Below, in pieces: positions 11,345 to 23,131 of a DNA stretch of 64,000 nt. The translations under genes were made by a program, and so were the position numbers. Each line of letters begins with the position of its first letter. Position 1 is the first letter of the stretch. The stretch comes from Minutocellus sp. GHC0000111 (Eukaryota): contig OZ361256.1 of NCBI GenBank assembly GCA_977018835.1, positions 6,572,001 through 6,636,000 on the forward strand. The letters run 5' to 3'. The notes under the pieces are model-generated. The model was not told the origin of the DNA, did not search any database, and was given only the letters and a program-made list of their open reading frames with translations.

Positions 11345-11991
11345 ATGTGCTACAAAGCCGCCATATTTCGCGCGATAGAGGATCTCAAGGACCATCACGC
11401 TCACGGATCCTCGCTCGCGGCAATCAAGAAGCACATGTGGAAGCGTCGCTGTTGGATGACTGCAAGGTGTGGAAGGACACGGTGTTCCTTCGAACGATCA
11501 AAGTCATGGTCGAAAAGGGAGAGCTGATCCAGACGGAGGATCACTACAAGGCCTCAGTGAAGCTCCAGCAACGGCGGACGGGAGAAATGCGTGACGCGAC
11601 AGCTAGAGAAGAGGCCAAGAAGCATGTTGCACCAAAATCGCCAGAGAGCAAGAAAGTGATGGCCAAATTCAATCCTGCACTGGTGAAGAAGAAGCTGTTG
11701 GACAGCAAGGTCATTACCATCGTCAAGCCGGGAAGGAAGACGGAGAAGATGACCTTGGATGAGAAAGAAAAGGCCAAGTCGCCAGGGTCGGACGACCAGA
11801 AGCCAAAGGCGGCCAAACGGACCGAGCATGACAAGGTGAAAATCATGCCTCACAAAATTGTTGCCAAGAGGGGAACAAAGGATCCGATGAAGACAACGCA
11901 GGGTTGCATCGCGAACCGTGCCATTGGCTACCATGGCACGCACAAGAGAAGTGCTGGACAAAGAGAGACAATGGGTCGTCATCTGCCTTGA
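11345..11991 (+). pseudogene. Linker histone H1-like gene, frameshifted
   Basis: YKAAIFRAIEDLKD...GSSLAAIKKH / FLRTIKVMVEKGELIQTEDHYK is an H1/H5 globular domain followed by a Lys-rich tail; 2 bp frameshift at about 11435. Confidence 0.75.
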
Positions 11992-12368
11992 GCATTGCTT
12001 TTACTTTCAAAGTTGTGGAGCTCTGTGTCTCCTCTTCTGCGTCCTCTTGCACATTGTTCTAACATTTTAGCAAAGATTTGGCTGAACACATGCACACACC
12101 CTGTTCCCCATTGGCTTTGCTACCCCCTGCCTCAAACCTTATTGTCACGCTGCAAAGGCCGACAGTTTAACGGACAGGTAAGCCACCATGGAGAAGCTGC
12201 ATGTAATTATCAAAGGATGCAATGAGGACTGACAATGCTCTGCGTTCGCAAGCTGCGAATCTCTTGCTGCGCAGCCAAAGGCAAGTCCACTTGGGTCTTG
12301 TCGAGGCGATGTCAACTTTTGACTCCTTTCTTTTGGTTGGACCCCAACAATGGAGCTGGAAGAGTTCG

Positions 12369-12391
12369 CCTAACCCTAACCCTAACCCTAA
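12369..12391. repeat. Short interstitial (CCCTAA)n tract
   Basis: CCTAACCCTAACCCTAACCCTAA. Confidence 0.85.
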
Positions 12392-13051
12392 ACCATGTTC
12401 CTACCTACAATGTGATAAATGTTTACTGAAAAAAATTAGAGAGAGTGTGCATGTGCTTGTGCATGCATGCTGTCAGGTTAAACAAACTGTGAATTGAATT
12501 TTGTGCGAATTATGTGCAATTGTGCACCTGTGTTTTCCATGCTTCTGGGCTCTCGTTTGTGACATTGCTGCTTGCATTGTCGAAGGTCTACCCACACTCT
12601 AATGAAGGAATCTCTAAATCATAACACCGACATGAAGACAAACATGAACAAAATTTTGTTGAAGGCGACACCGAAGAATCAGGCACACCGCGCCGCGTGG
12701 CCCTTCCTCTTCTGATTCTGCCTACGGCTGTTGTTTCCAATGCCAGCAGCAATGTGGGAGGAGCCTTCATTTCCACGTTTATTACTACTAGAGGTGTGGT
12801 GCTTGTCGGAAGATGCAGCGGTCGAAGACTTTGGAGTTGATGCCGCATGAGAACATTGAAGCGGGCCAGTGCTCGTCAGCCTTAGTAGTTCCTGTAAGTG
12901 ACGCACGGGTTTTGGGGTGCTGGGTGTCTTGCTTGTCGTCCGTCCTTCATCAAGTCTCTCGGCTCCTCGGCTCTCGCTCGATGCTATCTCCTCCAAATGG
13001 CGTCATTATTCTTCGGACGGACGTGACTCCTCACTCGTACTCGCAATCAAA

Positions 13052-13711
13052 ATGGCACCCCGCCCCCCATCCAGAACAGAGTTTGCTGTGTTCCTATCGG
13101 CTTCCTCGCTGTTGCTGGCGGCGCAGGATGTTCAAGGTTTTGCACCAACTCAACTCGGACACGAACGAAGGATAACGACGCAATCACCACCAATATTATC
13201 AGATGCCCGACATGGACAATACTTGATCACACGCACTGGTGCCAAGACCGAGGGTGACGATGGAGAACCAGAGCTCATATTGGGAGGCGGCGCTGGTGTT
13301 CCGGGCGGAGGTGCTGCTGGTGGTCCCACCGATTATCTCTCCGACTTCCGAGCCGCCAGCGCCAAGCGCAACGAGGAGGCCAAGAAGAAGCTGCTAGAGG
13401 AGGCCGCCCGAGAGGAGGAGGAGGCCAGGGCCAGGCAGAAGGCCAGAGAGGAGGGAACGGACGATGGTCCGAACGAGACCAACTATGGCCCAGGCGATCT
13501 CAGCTCATTGCCCACCATTCTGACGAGCGATGCTTCATGGGAGGCATCCCTCGGCGATACTGACGACGGTGTGATGGGTGTTGAAGGTGGAAAAGATGAC
13601 GACGATGAAGGACCTGGCTTGTATGTACCGGGAGCTGATGATGGAGATTCTCCCCAATTGTTCATCCCGTCGGAAGGCGATGGGGATGGCGATAGCCCAA
13701 TCATTCTGTAA
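13052..13711 (+). CDS. Hypothetical protein with bipartite plastid-targeting presequence
   Basis: Hydrophobic signal ending VQG-FAP (ASAFAP-type); acidic/coiled-coil body. Confidence 0.8.
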   Translation: MAPRPPSRTEFAVFLSASSLLLAAQDVQGFAPTQLGHERRITTQSPPILSDARHGQYLITRTGAKTEGDDGEPELILGGGAGVPGGGAAGGPTDYLSDFRAASAKRNEEAKKKLLEEAAREEEEARARQKAREEGTDDGPNETNYGPGDLSSLPTILTSDASWEASLGDTDDGVMGVEGGKDDDDEGPGLYVPGADDGDSPQLFIPSEGDGDGDSPIIL

Positions 13712-13812
13712 ATTTATTATTGTCGCTTGCCGTATGCATGATATGATATCTATAATATTACTATACGCTACAAAATATATGTCTTTGTCGTCAAGCAACG
13801 GGCCCATGAGCG

Positions 13813-14424
13813 TTATCGTCTTCGGCCCCACTTGAAGCTCTGTTGCTGTTGTCGATGTAGTGCAGCACCGTTCTCACCACTCAGAGGCCCGCGGCCGGCC
13901 AGCCATGTCTCATGCACGCTCAACCATTCGACGTGATTCAACCGGCCCAAGCTCTCTCGAAATGTTGCGGTGGCGATCCGTGCCGTTTCCTTCTCACCCT
14001 TGACTCTCTGCCATTGTTCGTACGTCATGAGACATATGCCGCTCTTGCGGTACATCACCCTCACATTTCGAATCTCGATGGTAAATCTGCCCCTCTCGTG
14101 GACCCCGTACGCATTGAACAAACCCGTCAACAAGTGCGATTGTCCCTCCATGACACCTCGGGGCGACACAAAGTGAAATTCCGGTGCCAGGATGGACGAG
14201 ACGCGCTCAAACTGCTCGTCGGTCCGAGGCACCGCACCGGTGAACCAGTCCACGAAGAAGGCATGCAGCCGTTCGATCTCGGCCTTGCAATTCTCCTCGA
14301 GGGTCCTTTGGACCGGCACGCTGACCGGACTGCAGTCGATGGTGCCTGGGTGCTGGTGCGTATCGCTGTAGTTGTCGTCCTCGTACCGCCTTCGGCGGGA
14401 TCGGCTTCGGGAAAGCGGGCCCAT
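13813..14424 (-). CDS. NTF2/SnoaL-like (DUF4440-type) protein
   Basis: EIERLHAFFVDWFTG...LAPEFHFVSPRG...WLSVHETW. Confidence 0.85.
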   Translation of the reverse strand: MGPLSRSRSRRRRYEDDNYSDTHQHPGTIDCSPVSVPVQRTLEENCKAEIERLHAFFVDWFTGAVPRTDEQFERVSSILAPEFHFVSPRGVMEGQSHLLTGLFNAYGVHERGRFTIEIRNVRVMYRKSGICLMTYEQWQRVKGEKETARIATATFRESLGRLNHVEWLSVHETWLAGRGPLSGENGAALHRQQQQSFKWGRRR

Positions 14425-15094
14425 ACTAGTACTGTCGATGTCGTTATTCTGCTTGGTGGTACTTTTATTCGATTGAGCACTTTTGCTCGGCCTACTTGTG
14501 TATTGTTCTGTCGATGCAGGTGCAGGTGGAGGGGGTATCGACGAGGCAAAGCTGACTCTTCGACGCCGAAAGGTTTCCGAGTGCTGCGGTTGAGGGCTGA
14601 ACGTGTTTTGTTGGGGAGACCGATTGCGAGATTGCTCCTTCGGTTCATCAAACTCGCCGAGAGTGGAGTCGTAGAGTCAACTTCAGTCGTTCAGCTTAGA
14701 CGTAGACGATCTTTTCGGCCGAATCGATTGGCTTGACTTGGCACGAGACAGACAGACAAGATTGGTTGGCCTTGAACTCGACTTGTCGTCCTCGGGAGGC
14801 AACAAGCGATATCGCAAAGGGAGATGGCTTGACTTGACCTTTTGTTGCTCCGTTGCTCGGCCGTCCATCCGATTGATTGCCGGTTCTTGTCCTCCATCCC
14901 ATCGATCGATCGGACCTCTAAATGATGAGCTCAACTTTCGCACAATCTCGGCGAAGTTTGCGAACAGAAGAAAAAACAAAGCCGACGCATGGTCATCGAG
15001 TCGGGCAGGTCCTTGCCCCCGAATGCTCCGGGATACACTCCCCGTGAGGACGACGTTGAGCCGACGGCGGCGCTTCGTCCGAGTAGATACATCA

Positions 15095-17629
15095 ATGGCA
15101 ACGGCAACCGGCACGACCGAAACCGAAGCAACCGCCAAAAATACTACTGACGACGATGCCTCCGCCGCTGCTGCTGCTGACCAGTCCCAACCACAATCCA
15201 AGCCCAAGCCCCAACCGCAGGCCGACGAGGAGAGCTCCCTCCTCGGCGGAATTTGGAGCGTGGTGGCACCCGATCCCAACTTCTCCGCTCCGCCCTCCCC
15301 GGTTCCTCCCCCGAGCCGGTCCGCCAGTGCAATCTCGGAGACTGAGGATGTGCCATCTTCCAAGTCAGCGGCAGTACCACCACCATCGCCAAGTGCTGAG
15401 CCAGCAGCGGCAGCAGCAGAAGAGGTCGAGTGCATGCACTGCCACAAGATGACGTCCCCCATCGCCGTGCGGACGACCAGCGCGGGACTGGCGACGCCGT
15501 CGTCGAGTGGCGCCGCTTTCCTGTCTCCTCCACCGTCCGCCGCTTCCGCCACTCGCACCAGCACAGCCACAGCCAACGCGGCGGTCAACACCGAACTGTC
15601 GGCCAACGTCCTGTCGGCTGCCAAGTTCACCGCCCTGGCCATCACCAGCCCGACCACCATCTGGGAATCGCGCAAGAACTTCTTCATCCTGTGCGCGTCG
15701 GCGACGGCCCTCAACGCCAAGAAGATGGAACGGATGCGCAAGAAGCTGGCCCGCGACCCGACGTTGGCGCAGGCACGGGCCACCGACATGGACAATCTGG
15801 TGTACGACGGGGCCACTCCGTTGCATGCGTGTGCCATGGCGGGTAATCGGGTCGGTGCGTTGCTCCTGCTGGGCTTGGATGTGGACAAGAGGTATGCCGA
15901 GGAGGAGGTGGAGGAGAATACTACTCGTAGTACGGATGCAGAGGAGGAGAAGACTGCTGATGCAGCTGATGCCGCATCACTGCTGGAGAAGATGGTCATT
16001 CCTGCCGATCGGGTCATTCTCCTCTCCCTGCTGGATCTGCAAGGTCGGACCCCCCTCCACGTTGCCGCCCAGAAGGGACAGGTCGAGCTGGTACGCCTCC
16101 TCAAGGGAGCAATGACGGCGTCCAATCCCGAGGGTACGGCACCCATCGGTCCCGATGCTCCGACCGACCTGTCGGGACGGACCCCACTGGGATGGGCGGT
16201 GACAAGTCGTGATACCAAGGCACGACGGAATGGGAGGGAACTGGAACGAGAGCTGTTCAGCCCCGGTGATGGGAGTGTTTGTGGAGTCCCGACGCCCGCC
16301 ATGGATCGATCGGGTTGCTTTGGCTTCCGTTGGAGGCGGATGGCCGCGGAGCAATCGCAGAAGCAGCAGCCACAAACACAAAAGCAGCCCTCCACGCCAT
16401 TCATGGGAATGAAGTCCCCGGTGCCGCAGCCATCGGTGCCCGTTATGCCCTACGGACACTCTGAGATGCCCGGGTGGAGGGTCGACATGGAGGACGCTGT
16501 TTTGCATTTGTACCCCCTACCTCCTCCGGTCAACGCACCGACTCGGAGCCGGCAGCCCCCGTCCGTCGGTATATTTGGCGTGTTCGATGGCCACGGTGAT
16601 GCCGGAACGATCAGTGCGTACGTGGCACGGACCATCCCCGAACTGCTGCTGGAGACGGAATTGTGGACGGCATACGCAGGTGGGAGCGAGGACCTGGTGT
16701 CCATGCTGGAGTCCGTCTGTCCCATGGTCGACGAGCGACGGAAGGAGGCGGCTGTTCCCGGGTCAGAGAGTGGGGCCGTTGATACCACATCGGTCGTTTC
16801 GGTTGGTGTTGTTGGCAGTACCAAGCCCCCGACCGCAACTGGCGGAACCACCGGTGTCATTGCTCTCGTCGGTAAGAGGGAGGTTGTCGTTGGCAACATT
16901 GGAGACAGTCGTTGCATCTTGGTCCAGAGAAATGTTGGCAGTACTAGTAGCGGCGCCACAGACGCAGTTGCACCCAAAGAGGAAGGGGAGTCCGGACCAG
17001 GGGAAGAAGAAAAGGAAGAAAACTCCAATGAATCATCCCTGGCTGTCGTGGTCAAACCAATGAGCTATGACCACAAACCAGACCTTCCCGATGAAAAGGC
17101 CAGAATCGAAAAGGCAGGCCTCGAAGTATTTGCCGAAGAAGTGGGAGAGGATGAAGTCATTCACAAGATCAAGCGCGGTCCCAGCGATATGATTGCCGTG
17201 TCTCGTGCATTTGGTGACTTTGATTACAAGGGTAATGCCGATCTCCCTCCTGATGAGCAGGCCATCGTCTGTACACCCGAGATCATCACTCACGTGCGCA
17301 ATCCCAGCGAAGATTTATACCTGGTTTTGGCGTGTGATGGCATATGGGATGTTATGACCAATGAAGAAGTTGGCGCATTCGTCCACTCGGCCGTTGGTCG
17401 GATTTATTCCGAGAAGAAGCAATCGGGTCTTGACCCTGCTACAGCCATATCGGAAACTCTCCCCACCGCTGGCGATGAGCTGATTTATGAATGTCTCAAA
17501 AGAGGATCGAGGGACAATATGTCGGTCCTCATTGTGTCCCTGACCACTGAGCTTGACGCTAACTCCTCCTCCATCGCCGATCTGACTGAGGGTGTCGGCC
17601 GACGATTGAAGCTCGATGATGAGGTCTAG
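15095..17629 (+). CDS. Ankyrin-repeat protein phosphatase 2C
   Basis: GATPLHACA, GRTPLHVAA, GRTPLGWA ankyrins; GWRVDMED, GVFDGHG, NIGDSR, DHKP, VSRAFGD, LACDGIWD, GSRDNMS PP2C motifs. Start placed at MATATG by inference. Confidence 0.93.
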   Translation: MATATGTTETEATAKNTTDDDASAAAAADQSQPQSKPKPQPQADEESSLLGGIWSVVAPDPNFSAPPSPVPPPSRSASAISETEDVPSSKSAAVPPPSPSAEPAAAAAEEVECMHCHKMTSPIAVRTTSAGLATPSSSGAAFLSPPPSAASATRTSTATANAAVNTELSANVLSAAKFTALAITSPTTIWESRKNFFILCASATALNAKKMERMRKKLARDPTLAQARATDMDNLVYDGATPLHACAMAGNRVGALLLLGLDVDKRYAEEEVEENTTRSTDAEEEKTADAADAASLLEKMVIPADRVILLSLLDLQGRTPLHVAAQKGQVELVRLLKGAMTASNPEGTAPIGPDAPTDLSGRTPLGWAVTSRDTKARRNGRELERELFSPGDGSVCGVPTPAMDRSGCFGFRWRRMAAEQSQKQQPQTQKQPSTPFMGMKSPVPQPSVPVMPYGHSEMPGWRVDMEDAVLHLYPLPPPVNAPTRSRQPPSVGIFGVFDGHGDAGTISAYVARTIPELLLETELWTAYAGGSEDLVSMLESVCPMVDERRKEAAVPGSESGAVDTTSVVSVGVVGSTKPPTATGGTTGVIALVGKREVVVGNIGDSRCILVQRNVGSTSSGATDAVAPKEEGESGPGEEEKEENSNESSLAVVVKPMSYDHKPDLPDEKARIEKAGLEVFAEEVGEDEVIHKIKRGPSDMIAVSRAFGDFDYKGNADLPPDEQAIVCTPEIITHVRNPSEDLYLVLACDGIWDVMTNEEVGAFVHSAVGRIYSEKKQSGLDPATAISETLPTAGDELIYECLKRGSRDNMSVLIVSLTTELDANSSSIADLTEGVGRRLKLDDEV

Positions 17630-17741
17630 AAATTTCTAGTCGGAATTGGGTTGGGATTAAAATAGCTGCTAGTATAAGTCTCTAGCTAGCTAGCAAGAAT
17701 TCTCGGCATTAAGTCTACCTAGGTAGTCTAGTACTACGTAC

Positions 17742-17996
17742 CTAGGAGAGGGTTTCGGTTTGAAAAAGAGAATTTCGGTCCATAAGGGCCTGATACGGAA
17801 ATCCAGATTCTGAGCGAACCACTGGAAAAAAACACCAGGCTTTTTGATTCTACTATTAACTAAATCAGGGCGTTGGCGTGGTGTTTTTTTTTTCGGAGAT
17901 TCCGGTCAGAATTTGGGTCCAAGTAAAAATTTTGAGGCAAAAAATACGAGCCAAAAATCCAAAAATTCTCTTTTTCACAACCGAACCCACTCCTAG
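17742..17996. mobile_element. MITE-like element with about 34 bp TIRs
   Basis: CTAGGAGAGGGTTTCGGTTTGAAAAAGAGAATTT vs reverse complement of 17963-17996; CTAG/TA at both ends. Confidence 0.8.
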
Positions 17997-19363
17997 TAGG
18001 TAAAGAATTTCAGAGGTATTGTGTCGATGACTGCCTCCTCATTTTCGTCCTTGCTTCCTGAATCGGCATCCTCCGTCTTCTCTGCCTCTTGCTTCGGTGG
18101 ACGTTTGTGAATGATGTAAACTGCCGGGCCAGGAGAACCGGAAGGAGGGTCATCATTGGTTCCTTCCTCGTCGTCGTCTTTTTTGTCGTCCTTCTCATCA
18201 TCTGAATTCTGTGCAGCGCCTGAACCATCACTTCCGTGGACCTCAATCTCCCAAGACGCATCGGCTTCAGAAGCACGGAGACCAGCAACCAAAACTCTGT
18301 CGCACCAATCAATACCTGCATCGCAATGCGCATTCATGTGAGAGATGACCATGATGAAGCCACCCATGGTAGCACACCGGCCCATCTCGGAAACGACTTT
18401 GACGCAATTGCTAATGCCTTCCTCTTTGTCAGAGAGGAGAGAATCGGTCGTTCCCTTATCTATGATGAGGTCGAATGTTTCGTCTTTGTAGGCCATGTCT
18501 CTCGCATCCTCTACGACGTACGTTACGTCCAATGTGGGCTTATTGGTGGGTTCTTTGTCCTCTTCCGTAGCTTTGTTGAGCGCAAGCCGTTCTATCTTCC
18601 TACCATCCCTGCCATCGGCACATTCGTAGGATCCCTTGACGCCACCACTCTCCCAGTGCTCCTTTTGCTGCTCTCGAAGCACGTCAATCACCGACTTGGC
18701 ATAGTCATTGCATACAATCTCCTTAACGACAAGGTTTGCATCAGCGCCGGTATCTTTTTGCATTGATAGTAAGTCCAACAGAAGGGGATGTCCAAGAGGT
18801 ACATCGCCACAGCCCACCTCGAGAACCGATTTTGGAGGATGCTCTTGTTGTGCATGTAGAATAACACCGTCATCGTCATCATCATCATCATTATCATCGC
18901 TATCGCTCCCATTTCCACCTCCTGCTTGGGGGCTGTGATCCATCGTACCTTCACCCTCTTCATTCTCCTCATCGTCGTTCATTTCTTCTTCTACTGCCTC
19001 CTCTTCGTCGTCATCATCGCCAACCTCCTCCCATTCTTCTCCATCGTCATCTTCGTCGTCAGCATCGGCACCATCTCGACCCAGCAGTAGGGGGAGAAGG
19101 AGCGGACGCAACTCATTGTATGTGAAATACCAAGAATGACCCGCGCTGGCGGACTCGGCATATCTGTTCTCCCAGTATTCTTGCGATCCGTACGGAGGTG
19201 GTTCGTCCTGAGAGTTACTGGTTGTGTTGCCTTTCGTGTCGTTTGGCGCTTTGGCATCAGCTTCAGCTGCTGCCAGCTTCTTGTTGGGGACATCGCCATC
19301 GCCGCCTGCCGACGTTCCGGCGGTCGTATGGCCCTTCGCAGCTGGTGCTTTGCGCTTTGGCAT
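17993..19363 (-). CDS. Class I SAM-dependent methyltransferase (EEF1AKMT4/METTL13-like)
   Basis: YGSQEYWENRY, VLEVGCGD, FDLIIDKGTTDSLL. Confidence 0.9.
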   Translation of the reverse strand: MPKRKAPAAKGHTTAGTSAGGDGDVPNKKLAAAEADAKAPNDTKGNTTSNSQDEPPPYGSQEYWENRYAESASAGHSWYFTYNELRPLLLPLLLGRDGADADDEDDDGEEWEEVGDDDDEEEAVEEEMNDDEENEEGEGTMDHSPQAGGGNGSDSDDNDDDDDDDGVILHAQQEHPPKSVLEVGCGDVPLGHPLLLDLLSMQKDTGADANLVVKEIVCNDYAKSVIDVLREQQKEHWESGGVKGSYECADGRDGRKIERLALNKATEEDKEPTNKPTLDVTYVVEDARDMAYKDETFDLIIDKGTTDSLLSDKEEGISNCVKVVSEMGRCATMGGFIMVISHMNAHCDAGIDWCDRVLVAGLRASEADASWEIEVHGSDGSGAAQNSDDEKDDKKDDDEEGTNDDPPSGSPGPAVYIIHKRPPKQEAEKTEDADSGSKDENEEAVIDTIPLKFFTY

Positions 19364-19774
19364 GGTGCTACCTGAAGCCTTTAGTAACTGGTAGGAATTC
19401 CTAGCTAGAGGCTGACTTCTGACTTCCTTCCATCAGCGCTTGAAATTTGCGGTGGGCATTCATTCAACACCCCGTTTTCTGTGTAGGGTCACTGAATTGC
19501 ACTCGGCGAAATTTTGCTCAGCCAATCACATCTGATCTGTTGGAGAAAGATACGCTTGCGGCAGCAGATAAAACGAACCATTAATTGAGTGCCATTATTG
19601 AGAATCAACCGATAAGAAGTTATGACGGGCATTGCCGATGTCATTCGGCGGGCGCACAAGAGCGCATGGCAGCAACGCTGGGCGCACTAACTCTCTTCTG
19701 TATCTTATTCTTCCGAGGAAGATCGCAACGTGGTTGGTCCCACGCCTCTTCCCACGCTGGCACAAAGATCTGAG

Positions 19775-22610
19775 GATGGCTGCGATGAGACAGCGGCACT
19801 GTCCTCGTCCTCGTATTCCAGACCAGCGTCCCACCCTGGCGCTACTTCAAGAGGCCAATGTTGTGTCGAACTTGGAAAACGATTCCAATCATCATCATGC
19901 TGGAAACAAAGCAGCAAAAGGCAACTTGCCCCTCTCTGATGCAGAGAGACGGTGGGCAATCCTTCTCCCGGTCACGTCGCGCTCTTCTCCTGGTGATGAC
20001 GGTCCTAATATTTGGGCCCGACTCGAGGTCAACCTAAGACGCCTCGTCGAATCAGTTCCAGCTGAACGGCGAGACCGTACCACCGTCTACGTCGCAATTG
20101 ATCAACGAGATCCAGTCCTTGACAACGATGCTGCGCGTGGGCGCATTCGAGAACTTCTATCGGAACTTCGAGTAGATATTTGTGACCCGTTGCCTCCCGC
20201 ATATCAGGGCGCCATTTGTTGGATATGGGCCATGCTCGCGTCTCGTGAAACCCAAAATGGTGCTGACTTTTTCGTTCTATTGGGAGATGATATTTACATT
20301 CATCCCGAAGAACCAAATTGCTTGGGATGGCAAGATGATGTCGAAGCGTGTTTTCAAGAACTTTCCACGGAGCGTGGTCTTCCTTTTGGGTGTGGATGTG
20401 TTGCCATTCGAGATGACTCGTTCCAGACTTTCCCTACATTTCCCGTCATGCATAGACTGCATCTCGATATTTTCGGCGAGCTCTTCCCACCTGAATTTCG
20501 AAACCAACATGGCGATCCCTTTCTCTATGAGGTTTATCGGAGATGGGGCGCCTCGAGATATACTAAGACAGCGAGACTCAATAATACTGTTGGTGGCGCA
20601 GCACAACCGCGCTATCATAAAGCTGGACGTCATTTGGACACCAGGCAAGATCAGTGGAGGGGAGCGATTCTGAGTAGAGCCATAGATAAGCTCGAACAGT
20701 GGCTTGAGAACCGTGTGCCTGGTGTGAGTTCCACGGCTCGCCTACCTTGTCTCGATGTGGTATTACCTACTTATCGTTGCGATGAATCTGCTCTAAAAGC
20801 GCTCACGTCTTTGGGGTGCCGAAGGCCTGTGGCCCTTCACACTACTTTGGTTGTTGATCGCCCAGATGCCAAAAATTTGGATCAAATCCGACAACTTGCT
20901 TCGCAGGAGCCCAATCGAACGGTACGCGTTGTAATTCTGGACGAAAATTCGGGGGCAAGTTGGGCACGCAATGTCGGGCTGTGGCAATCTTTTGGTGACT
21001 ATGCCGTTCTCCTTGATGACGATGTCATTCCAGAGGAAGGCTTGATTGATGCCTACCTGGGGGCATTGGATCGAGAACCTGGCGCAGCAGCTTACATTGG
21101 AGTAACCAAACTCCCAATTCCAACTACGCTGCTGCAGAAGGCAATGGTGGCATGCAATATTTGCTATTTCTATGGAGTCGCATTACAGCAGAGACATCCT
21201 CCTTGGGGAGTGACGGCGAACATTTGTGTTCCGGCGAGATTAAATCCCGTTTCCTTCGACCGTAGGTTTCCTAAAACTGGAGGAGGCGAGGATGTTGATT
21301 TCTGTATCCGATCCCAGCAGCACTTTGGAAAATGCGTCGCCGTACCTGGTGCATGTGTCCTTCACCCTTATTGGGATCGTCCTTTGAAGCAGATTGCTGG
21401 ATGGGCCGATGGGGATGTACTGTGCCTTGAGTCTCTCCCACTAAGTACATTCCGAGCAACACCAAATTGGATTGAGACTGCATTTGCCTTTTTTCTATTC
21501 CGTCGATTCGATCTTGTTTGTCTATCCATATTTGTTGAGTTTGTTTTGCTCGCACCCAGGTTCTTCAGTAACGCAGCACCGACAGAGTCCCTTGGTCGAC
21601 GAATTCTTATTGCAATTGTTGCTGTAGTTCCACCAATGCTACAAGACATACGACGCCTCAAGAGTAAATTGGTTCGCCTACAACTTACTCATATCTGCCT
21701 TCACTTTGATTGGATGAATAAGACTGGAAATCATACTACCGAGAGGCAGCTTGCTATCCTGTCGCGAACTCTGGCATTTGGTCTAGCTGCGGTAGCGCTG
21801 GAAACGCAGGGATCGACTGGTATTGCTTTACTTGTTGCCTTTCTTTTCTTCTGTGTTACCTGGTGCATCAATCAGGCTGATTTGAGAATTATTTCTCAAA
21901 TTTTAAGGACGCCGAGACCATTGCATCCCGATCTTAGCCTTGGAAATACAAGCGTGCCGTTCGTTGTTTTTGGATTTCAGGGAACTGGGTCAAATCTACT
22001 TTGTAATCTCATTGGTCAACATAGTGAAGTCGCCATGCACTACGAAATTTTCAATGATAAGGCTATCTATGCCCATGATGGCATCACTACCTCTGATGAA
22101 GCAATCAAAAATCGAGATGCCTCCCCCGCAGACTTTCTCTCGGATATGTACAGCATTAAGGAGCGCGCGTTTATACTGGACGGAGGCAAACCTAATGCTG
22201 TTGGATTCAAGTTTTTTCCAGAGCACATCTGCCGTAGTGCAAAGAGCCGTGATCTTTTCGAGGAAGTTCTAGCAGACCCACGCGTTCGGAAGATTATACT
22301 TCATCGACGAAATCGCCTTGCAACCTGTGTATCTGCCCTGCGAGCCTCTGTCACGGGTCAGTACATCAAAAAGAATCTAGATCATGTTCGTGTACACATT
22401 GAGCCGGAAGGTCTACAAGGATTCATCGACAACTACCATTGTTATTACAATTATATCCGTGAGCGCTTATTGGGGCAGGGTGGAGAAGGTGGATGCTGGA
22501 TGCAAATATCATTCGAAGAATTGATTGAAGACCACAAATCTGCTGCCAGCAAAATATACAAATTCCTTGGCGTCTCTCCCTTTGAACCTCGTTCAGGGCA
22601 ATCTGGATAA
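19775..22610 (+). CDS. Fusion of two GT-A/GT2-like domains, TM segments and a sulfotransferase domain
   Basis: FVLLGDD; VVLPTYR...GASWARNVG...LLDDD...GGGEDVDF; hydrophobic block; GTGSNLL...YEIFN...VGFKFF...ILHRRN. Start uncertain; conserved-looking tail continues to 22721. Confidence 0.85.
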
Positions 22611-23131
22611 TCACAGCGCCAGACAAATGGCAATATATCCTCTGCAGTCCATAATTTTGAGCAGCTTCGACATGCTTTTTCCGGGACCGAGAGAGAAGCG
22701 GACTTTTATTACGAGCATTGATGCAAATTTGTCGCTGAATGTCCGTTAAACGTTTAACGTAAAATTTATTTTCATGACACGTCCTTGCTACTCGCAAGTG
22801 CTTGTTTTCTTGCTGATTCATTTACTCTGTATCTATGAAAAGGATTTGGTTGGTCTATGCATCTATTGTTATCAATAAAATGTCTTGCGACGAAATGTCG
22901 CGTGGTTCTGTAGATCTACATGTACAAGGGGCACCACCGCGAAGAAAGACCTTTCTCGAGCTGGTAGACACGTCGTCAATGAAGCAGTCCCAGGAAATAC
23001 TCACTAAATCTCTCTTTCAGAGAGGGGCGCCAATGTTATATGAACCTGAGAGTATATCCAATCATTGAATACACTCGAATCTAGTATACAATGCTTGCTG
23101 TACGGTAGCTAGTCGCTCTTCAAGACCAATT

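Noticed and set aside
12369..12391. True telomere
   Set aside because: Only about four units, and internal.
14683..16404. 573 aa minus-strand ORF (also 13912-14736, 30516-31334, 33875-34900, 45326-46147)
   Set aside because: Antisense shadows of GC-rich real genes, with no recognisable motifs.
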